From the human T2T-CHM13v2.0 reference genome, Homo sapiens: a DNA stretch of 64,000 bases. This document shows, piece after piece, positions 56,659-64,000 of this stretch. A program made the position numbers and the translations under genes. The stretch lies in the NCBI RefSeq assembly GCF_009914755.1, contig NC_060948.1. The stretch is one strand, 5' to 3'. The notes below the pieces were generated by a model that was not told the DNA's origin, did not search any database, and saw only the letters and a list, made by a program, of their open reading frames with translations. Position 1 is the first letter of the stretch. The number at the start of each line of letters is the position of its first letter.

Positions 56659-59600
56659 CTCTAATGGAATGGATTCGAGTGGAATGGAATTGAATATAAT
56701 GGAGTCGAATGAAATGGAATTGAAAGGAATGGGATCGAATAAAATGGAATATACTGGAATGTAACGTAATGAACTCGAATGTAATTGACTGGAATGGAAT
56801 GTACATGAATGGAATGTGATCGAATGGAAAGTAGTCCAATGGAATAGAATCTAATGCAATAAAATCGACTCAGATAGAGTAGAATGTAATGGAATGGAGT
56901 GCAGTGCAATGGAATGGAATGGAATGGAATGGAATGGAATGGAATGGAATGGGATGGAATGGTATGGAATGGATAGTAATGGACTGGAGTGAAATGGACT
57001 GGAAAGGAATGGACTCAAATTGAAAGGTCTCGAAAGGAATGGAGTCAAATGGAATGGTCTGGAATGGAATGAACACGAATGTAATGCAATCCAATAGAAT
57101 GGAATCGAATGGCATGGAATATAAAGAAATGGAATCGAAGAGAATGGAAACAAATGGAATGAAATTGAATGGAACGGAATTGAATGGAATGTGAACGAAT
57201 GGAGTGAAATTGTATGCAGTAGAAGAGAATAGAATGGAATGCAAGTGAAAGGAAAGGAATGGATTGGAATGGAATGGAATTCATTGGAATGGAAGGGAAT
57301 GTAGTGTAATGGACAGGCCTGGAATAAAGTGGAATGCTACGGTCTCGAATGGAATAAAAATGTATGGAATGGAATGCAATGAAACGGAATCGAATGTCAT
57401 AGAATGTAATGGAATGCAAAAAAATGGAATCCAAAATCATTGAATGGAAAGGCTGGGTGTCGAAAGGAATTGACTCCAATGGAATGGAATCGAATGGAAT
57501 GGAAGTGAATAGAATCGAACTAAATCGAATGGAATGGAATTGATAGGAACGGAATGGAAAGGATTGCAATGATTTGGCATGGAATGGAATCGAATGGCAT
57601 CGAATGGAATGGAATGGAATGCAATGGAATGGAATGTATTAGAATGTAATGAACTTTAATGGAATGTACTCGAATGGATTCGACTGGAATGGAATGTTCT
57701 GGAAGTGAATGGACTCCAATGGAATGGATTCAAAAGGAATGGAATCGTACGGAATGGAATCTAATGGAATGGAATTAAATGGAAATGAATCAAATTGAAT
57801 AGCACGGAATTGAATTGAATGGAATCGAATGCAATGGAATCTAATGAAACGGAAAGGAAAGGAATGGAATGGAATGGAATGGACTGGAATGGAAAGGAAT
57901 CGAAACGAATGGAATGGAATCGAACTGAAGAGACTGGAATGGAATGCACTGGAATGGAAGGGAGTGTAATGGAAGGTTCTCGAAAAAAATGGAATCGAAT
58001 GGAATGCAATTGAATGGAACGGAATAGAGTCGAATGGAATTGAATGGAATGGAATGGACTAGAGTGAAATGGAATCGAACCACAAGGAATGGACAGGAAT
58101 AGAATGGTCTCGAATTGAATGGAATCGTATGGAATGGCATCAAACGGAATGGAATGGACAGCCACGGAATGGAATGCACTCGAATGCAATGGAGTCGAAA
58201 CTAATGGACTGGAATAGAATGGACTCGACTGGTACGGACTCCAATGGAATGGAATCGAATGGAAGGGAATCGAACGGAATGGACTCGAAGGGAAAAGACT
58301 GCAATGGAAAGGTCTCGAATGGAATGGAAATTAATGGAATGGAATGGAATCGAATGAAATGGAGTCAAAAGGAATGGAATCGAATGGCAAGAAATCGAAT
58401 GTAATGGAATCGCAAGGAATTGATGTGAACGGAACGGAATGGAATGGAATCCAAAGGAATGGAATAGAATGGAATGGAATCGAATGGAAAGGACTCGAAT
58501 GGAAATCACTCGAATAGAATGCAATTTAATAAAATAGGATCAAATGTAACAGAATGGAAAGGAAAGGAATCGAAACGGAAAGAATGGAGACAGTTGGAAT
58601 GGAATGGAACAGAGAGCAATGGTATAGAATGGAATGGAATCATCTGGAATGGAATTGAATGGAATGGAATGATATGAAATGGAATGGAATGGAATGGAAT
58701 GGAATGCCCTTGAATTAAATGGACTGGACTCGAACAGAGTGGAATGGAAAGTGTTGAGATAGAATGGAATGGACTCCTTTGGAATGGTGTAGTATGCAAT
58801 GCAATCGACTGGCAGGGAATCAAAAGGAATGTAATCGAATGGATTGGACTGGAATGCAATGGACTCGAATAGATTGGAAACGGAATGCAAAGGAATGGAA
58901 TGGAATAGTATGGAATGGAATGGAAAGGAATGGAGTGGAATAGACTAGAGTGGAATGGAATGGACTGGAAAGCAATGGACTGGAATGGAACATTCTTGAA
59001 TGGACTGGAATCAAACGGAATGGAATGCAATGCAATCAAATGGCATGGAATAAAATAGAATGAAAGAGAATCAAATGGAATTGAATCGAATGGAATCGAA
59101 TGGATTGGAAAGGAATAGAATGGAATGGAATGGAATTGACTCAAATGGAATGGACTAGAATGGAATGGATTCGAATGGAAGGCAAAGGAATGGAATCTAT
59201 TGGAATGGACTGTAATGGAATGGAATGGAAGGGATTGGAATGGACTCGAATGGAATGGACTGCAATAGAAAGGATTCGAATGGAATGAAAAAGAATTGAA
59301 TGGAATAGAACAGAATGGAATCAAATCGAATGAAATGGAATGGAATAGAAAGGAATGGAATGAAATGGAATGGAAAGGATTCGAATGGAATGCAATCGAA
59401 TGGAATGGAATCGAACGGAATGGAATAAAATGGAAGAAAACTGGCAAGAAATGGAATCGAAAGGAATGGAGTGTTATGGAACGGACTCAAAAGGAATTGA
59501 ATGTAATAGAATGGAGTGGAGTGGACTCGAATATAATGGACTGGAATGGAATGAAATCACATAGAATGGGAACGAATGGAATGGAATGGAAAGGAATGGA

Positions 59601-60187
59601 ATCGAATGGAAAGGAATCGAATGGAAGGGAATGAAATTGAATCAACAGGAATGGAAGGGAATAGAATAGACTGTAATGGAATGGACTCGAATAGAATGGA
59701 CACGAATGCTCAAATTAAATGGACTCGAATGGAATGGAAACGAAAGGAATGTCATCGAATGGAATTGAATCGATTGGAATGAAATCGCATAGAATGGAGT
59801 GGAATCAAATGGAATTGAATCGAAAGGAAAGGAAGCGAATGGACTGAAATGAAATGGAATGGAATTGAATGGAAAGTAATGCGATGGAATAGAATGGAAC
59901 GAAATTTCACGGAATGGAATCAAACTGAATGGAATCAAATCAATGGAATCAAATCAAATGGAAGGGAAAGGAATTGAATGGAGTAGATGGGATTGGATGT
60001 GATTGGAATGAAATGTACTGGAAAGGACTCGAATTTCATGAAACGGAATGGAATGAATTGGAACGGAATGGACTCGAATGGAATGGAATGTCATGGAATG
60101 GCATCAAATGGAATGGCATCAAATGGAATGGAATCGAATGCAATGGAATGCTATGGAATGGAATGGAATGCATTGGAATGGAATGTC
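56659..60187 (+). repeat. DYZ1 unit U17 (3,529 bp), mosaic
   Basis: Anchor to anchor. U7-like left part, then U8/U11-type and U10-type patches. Confidence 0.9.
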
Positions 60188-63100
60188 CTCTAATGGAATG
60201 GATTCGAGTGGAATGGAATTGAATATAATGGAGTCGAATGAAATGGAATTGAAAGGAATGGGATCGAATACAATGGAATATACTGGAATGTAACGTAATG
60301 AACTCGAATGTAATTGACTGGAATGGAATGTACATGAATGGAATGTGATCGAATGGAAAGTAGTCCAATGGAATAGAATCTAATGCAATAAAATCGACTC
60401 AGATAGAGTAGAATGTAATGGAATGGAGTGCAGTGCAATGGAATGGAATGGAATGGAATGGAATGGAATGGAATGGGATGGAATGGTATGGAATGGATAG
60501 TAATGGACTGGAGTGAAATGGACTGGAAAGGAATGGACTCAAATTGAAAGGTCTCGAAAGGAATGGAGTCAAATGGAATGGTCTGGAATGGAATGAACAC
60601 GAATGTAATGCAATCCAATAGAATGGAAACGAATGGCATGGAATATAAAGAAATGGAATCGAAGAGAATGGAAACAAATGGAATGAAATTGAATGGAACG
60701 GAATTGAATGGAATGTGAACGAATGGAGTGAAATTGTATGCAGTAGAAGAGAATAGAATGGAATGCAAGTGAAAGGAAAGGAATGGATTGGAATGGAATG
60801 GAATTCATTGGAATGGAAGGGAATGTAGTGTAATGGACAGGCCTGGAATAAAGTGGAATGCTACGGTCTCGAATGGAATAAAAATGTATGGAATGGAATG
60901 CAATGAAACGGAATCGAATGTCATAGAATGTAATGGAATGCAAAAAAAATGGAATCCAAAATCATTGAATGGAAAGGCTGGGTGTCGAAAGGAATTGACT
61001 CCAATGGAATGGAATCGAATGGAATGGAAGTGAATAGAATCGAACTAAATCGAATGGAATGGAATTGATAGGAACGGAATGGAACGGATTGCAATGATTT
61101 GGCATGGAATGGAATCGAATGGCATCGAATGGAATGGAATGGAATGCAATGGAATGGAATGTATTAGAATGTAATGAACTTTAATGGAATGTACTCGAAT
61201 GGATTCGACTGGAATGGAATGTTCTGGAAGTGAATGGACTCCAATGGAATGGATTCAAAAGGAATGGAATCGTACGGAATGGAATCTAATGGAATGGAAT
61301 TAAATGGAAATGAATCAAATTGAATAGCACGGAATTGAATTGAATGGAATCGAATGCAATGGAATCTAATGAAACGGAAAGGAAAGGAATGGAATGGAAT
61401 GGAATGGACTGGAATGGAAAGGAATCGAAACGAATGGAATGGAATCGAACTGAAGAGACTGGAATGGAATGCACTGGAATGGAAGGGAGTGTAATGGAAG
61501 GTTCTCGAAAAAAATGGAAGCAAATGGAATGGAATTGAATGGAACGGAATAGAGTCGAATGGAATTGAATGGAATGGAATGGACTAGAGTGAAATGGAAT
61601 CGAACCACAAGGAATGGACAGGAATAGAATGGTCTCGAATTGAATGGAATCGTATGGAATGGCATCAAACGGAATGGAATGGACAGCCACGGAATGGAAT
61701 GCACTCGAATGCAATGGAGTCGAAACTAATGGACTGGAATAGAATGGACTCGACTGGTACGGACTCCAATGGAATGGAATCGAATGGAAGGGAATCGAAC
61801 GGAATGGACTCGAAGGGAAAAGACTGCAATGGAAAGGTCTCGAATGGAATGGAAATTAATGGAATGGAATGGAATCGAATGAAATGGAGTCAAAAGGAAT
61901 GGAATCGAATGGCAAGAAATCGAATGTAATGGAATCGCAAGGAATTGATGTGAACGGAACGGAATGGAATGGAATCCAAAGGAATGGAATAGAATGGAAT
62001 GGAATCGAATGGAAAGGACTCGAATGGAAATCACTCGAATAGAATGCAATTTAATAAAATAGGATCAAATGTAACAGAATGGAAAGGAAAGGAATCGAAA
62101 CGGAAGGAATGGAGACAGTTGGAATGGAATGGAACAGAGAGCAATGGTATAGAATGGAATGGAATCATCTGGAATGGAATTGAATGGAATGGAATGATAT
62201 GAAATGGAATGGAATGGAATGGAATGGAATGCCCTTGAATTAAATGGACTGGACTCGAACAGAGTGGAATGGAAAGTGTTGAGATAGAATGGAATGGACT
62301 CCTTTGGAATGGTGTAGTATGCAATGCAATCGACTGGCAGGGAATCAAAAGGAATGTAATCGAATGGATTGGACTGGAATGCAATGGACTCGAATAGATT
62401 GGAAACGGAATGCAAAGGAATGGAATGGAATAGTATGGAATGCAATGGAAGGGAATGGAGTGGAATAGACTAGAGTGGAATGGAATGGACTGGAAAGCAA
62501 TGGACTGGAATGGAACTTTCTTGGATGGACTGGAATCAAACGGAATGGAATGCAATGCAATCAAATGGCATGGAATAAAATAGAATGAAAGAGAATCAAA
62601 TGGAATTGAATCGAATGGAATCGAATGGATTGGAAAGGAATAGAATGGAATGGAATGGAATTGACTCAAATGGAATGGACTAGAATGGAATGGATTCGAA
62701 TGGAAGGCAAAGGAATGGAATCTATTGGAATGGACTGTAATGGAATGGAATGGAAGGGATTGGAATGGACTCGAATGGAATGGACTGCAATAGAAAGGAT
62801 TCGAATGGAATGAAAAAGAATTGAATGGAATAGAACAGAATGGAATCAAATCGAATGAAATGGAATGGAATAGAAAGGAATGGAATGAAATGGAATGGAA
62901 AGGATTCGAATGGAATGCAATCGAATGGAATGGAATCGAACGGAATGGAATAAAATGGAAGAACACTGGCAAGAAATGGAATCGAAAGGAATGGAGTGTT
63001 ATGGAACGGACTCAAAAGGAATTGAATGTAATAGAATGGAGTGGAGTGGACTCGAATATAATGGACTGGAATGGAATGAAATCACATAGAATGGGAACGA

Positions 63101-63697
63101 ATGGAATGGAATGGAAAGGAATGGAATCGAATGGAAAGGAATCGAATGGAAGGGAATGAAATTGAATCAACAGGAATGGAAGGGAATAGAATAGACTGTA
63201 ATGGAATGGACTCGAATAGAATGGACACGAATGCTCAAATTAAATGGACTCGAATGGAATGGAAACGAAAGGAATGTCATCGAATGGAATTGAATCGATT
63301 GGAATGAAATCGCATAGAATGGAGTGGAATCAAATGGAATTGAATCGAAAGGAAAGGAAGCGAATGGACTGAAATGAAATGGAATGGAATTGAATGGAAA
63401 TTAATGCGATGGAATAGAATGGAACGAAATTTCACGGAATGGAATCAAACTGAATGGAATCAAATCAATGGAATCAAATCAAATGGAATGGAAAGGAATT
63501 GAATGGAGTAGATGGGATTGGATGTGATTGGAATGAAATGTACTGGAAAGGACTCGAATTTCATGAAACGGAATGGAATGAATTGGAACGGAATGGACTC
63601 GAATGGAATGGAATGTCATGGAATGGCATCAAATGGAATGGAATCGAAAGCAATGGAATGCTATGGAATGGAATGGAATGCATTGGAATGGAATGTC
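60188..63697 (+). repeat. DYZ1 unit U18 (3,510 bp)
   Basis: Anchor to anchor. U8-like start, U10-like end, one extra A at ~60945. Confidence 0.9.
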
Positions 63698-64000
63698 CTC
63701 TAATGGAATGGATTCGAGTGGAATGGAATTGAATATAATGGAGTCGAATGAAATGGAATTGAAAGGAATGGGATCGAATACAATGGAATATACTGGAATG
63801 TAACGTAATGAACTCGAATGTAATTGACTGGAATGGAATGTACATGAATGGAATGTAATCGAATGGAAAGTAATCCAATGGAATAGAATCTAATGCAATA
63901 AAATCGACTCAGATAGAGTAGAATGTAAAGGAATGGAGTGCAGTGCAATGGAATGGAATGGAATGGAATGCAATGGAATGGAATGGAATGGAATGGAATG
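63698..64000 (+). repeat. DYZ1 unit U19, partial (truncated by window end)
   Basis: Begins CTCTAATGG. Shares GTAAAGGAAT with the start of U11. Confidence 0.9.

Larger units (their letters stand above)
1..64000 (+). repeat. DYZ1: Human satellite 3 (HSat3) array, DYZ1-type (Yq12 heterochromatin), degenerate (GGAAT)n in ~3.54 kb units
   Basis: Continuous GGAAT pentamer with variants (CGAAT, TGAAT, GGACT, GCAAT, CAAAT). Landmarks such as GGACAGGCCTGG, GGCTGGGTGTCG, GGACAGCCACGG and GTCCTCTAAT recur every ~3.5 kb. The ~3.56 kb unit with single EcoRI and HaeIII sites is the established DYZ1 signature. Family assignment is from recall, not from a database search. Confidence 0.95.

Noticed and set aside
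60941-60950. Extra A in CAAAAAAAAT of U18 that creates a different ORF
   Set aside because: A single homopolymer length change; could be slippage or a sequencing error, and has no coding meaning.
3-63948. Hundreds of ORFs of 60-313 aa (MEWNG- and IPFHS-repeat peptides), including recurring 313-aa minus-strand ORFs
   Set aside because: Pure (GGAAT)n and (ATTCC)n contain no stop codon in any frame, so long ORFs are expected. They overlap in several frames, shift with indels between units and show no domain-like sequence.
1-64000. CRISPR-like or other repeat-spacer system, or a novel gene cluster
   Set aside because: There are no unique spacers and no genes. All sequence is pentamer-derived and repeats with the 3.5 kb unit.
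1-64000. DYZ2 (HSat1B/Alu) segment, retroelement insertion or inversion junction
   Set aside because: I saw no AT-rich DYZ2 or Alu sequence, no poly(A) tail or target-site duplication, and no switch to CATTC on the + strand.

Overview
The whole 64 kb window is one uninterrupted, single-orientation array of human satellite 3: degenerate (GGAAT)n on the + strand, (CATTC)n on the - strand. It is organised into 18 complete ~3.5 kb units plus the start of a 19th. Unit size (3,493-3,589 bp) and one conserved EcoRI plus HaeIII/StuI site pair per unit match DYZ1, the Yq12 heterochromatin repeat. I see no protein-coding gene, RNA gene, transposon, DYZ2/Alu segment or inversion, and all listed ORFs are read-throughs of the pentamer. 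I found no novel gene system. The non-trivial structure is: (i) up to three perfect heat-shock elements per unit made by rare in-register inverted pentamers, one of them polymorphic between units; (ii) a layered duplication history at offsets of 1, 3, 4, 8, 10 and 14 units, with chimeric units; (iii) pentamer-register breaks clustered in about 1.1 kb of each unit; (iv) a hypervariable near-pure tract and a bias to 15/30-bp indels; (v) a more diverged island at about 39.9-44.9 kb. All comparisons were made by eye, so breakpoints are approximate. Units are numbered U1-U19 from the CTCTAATGG anchor.
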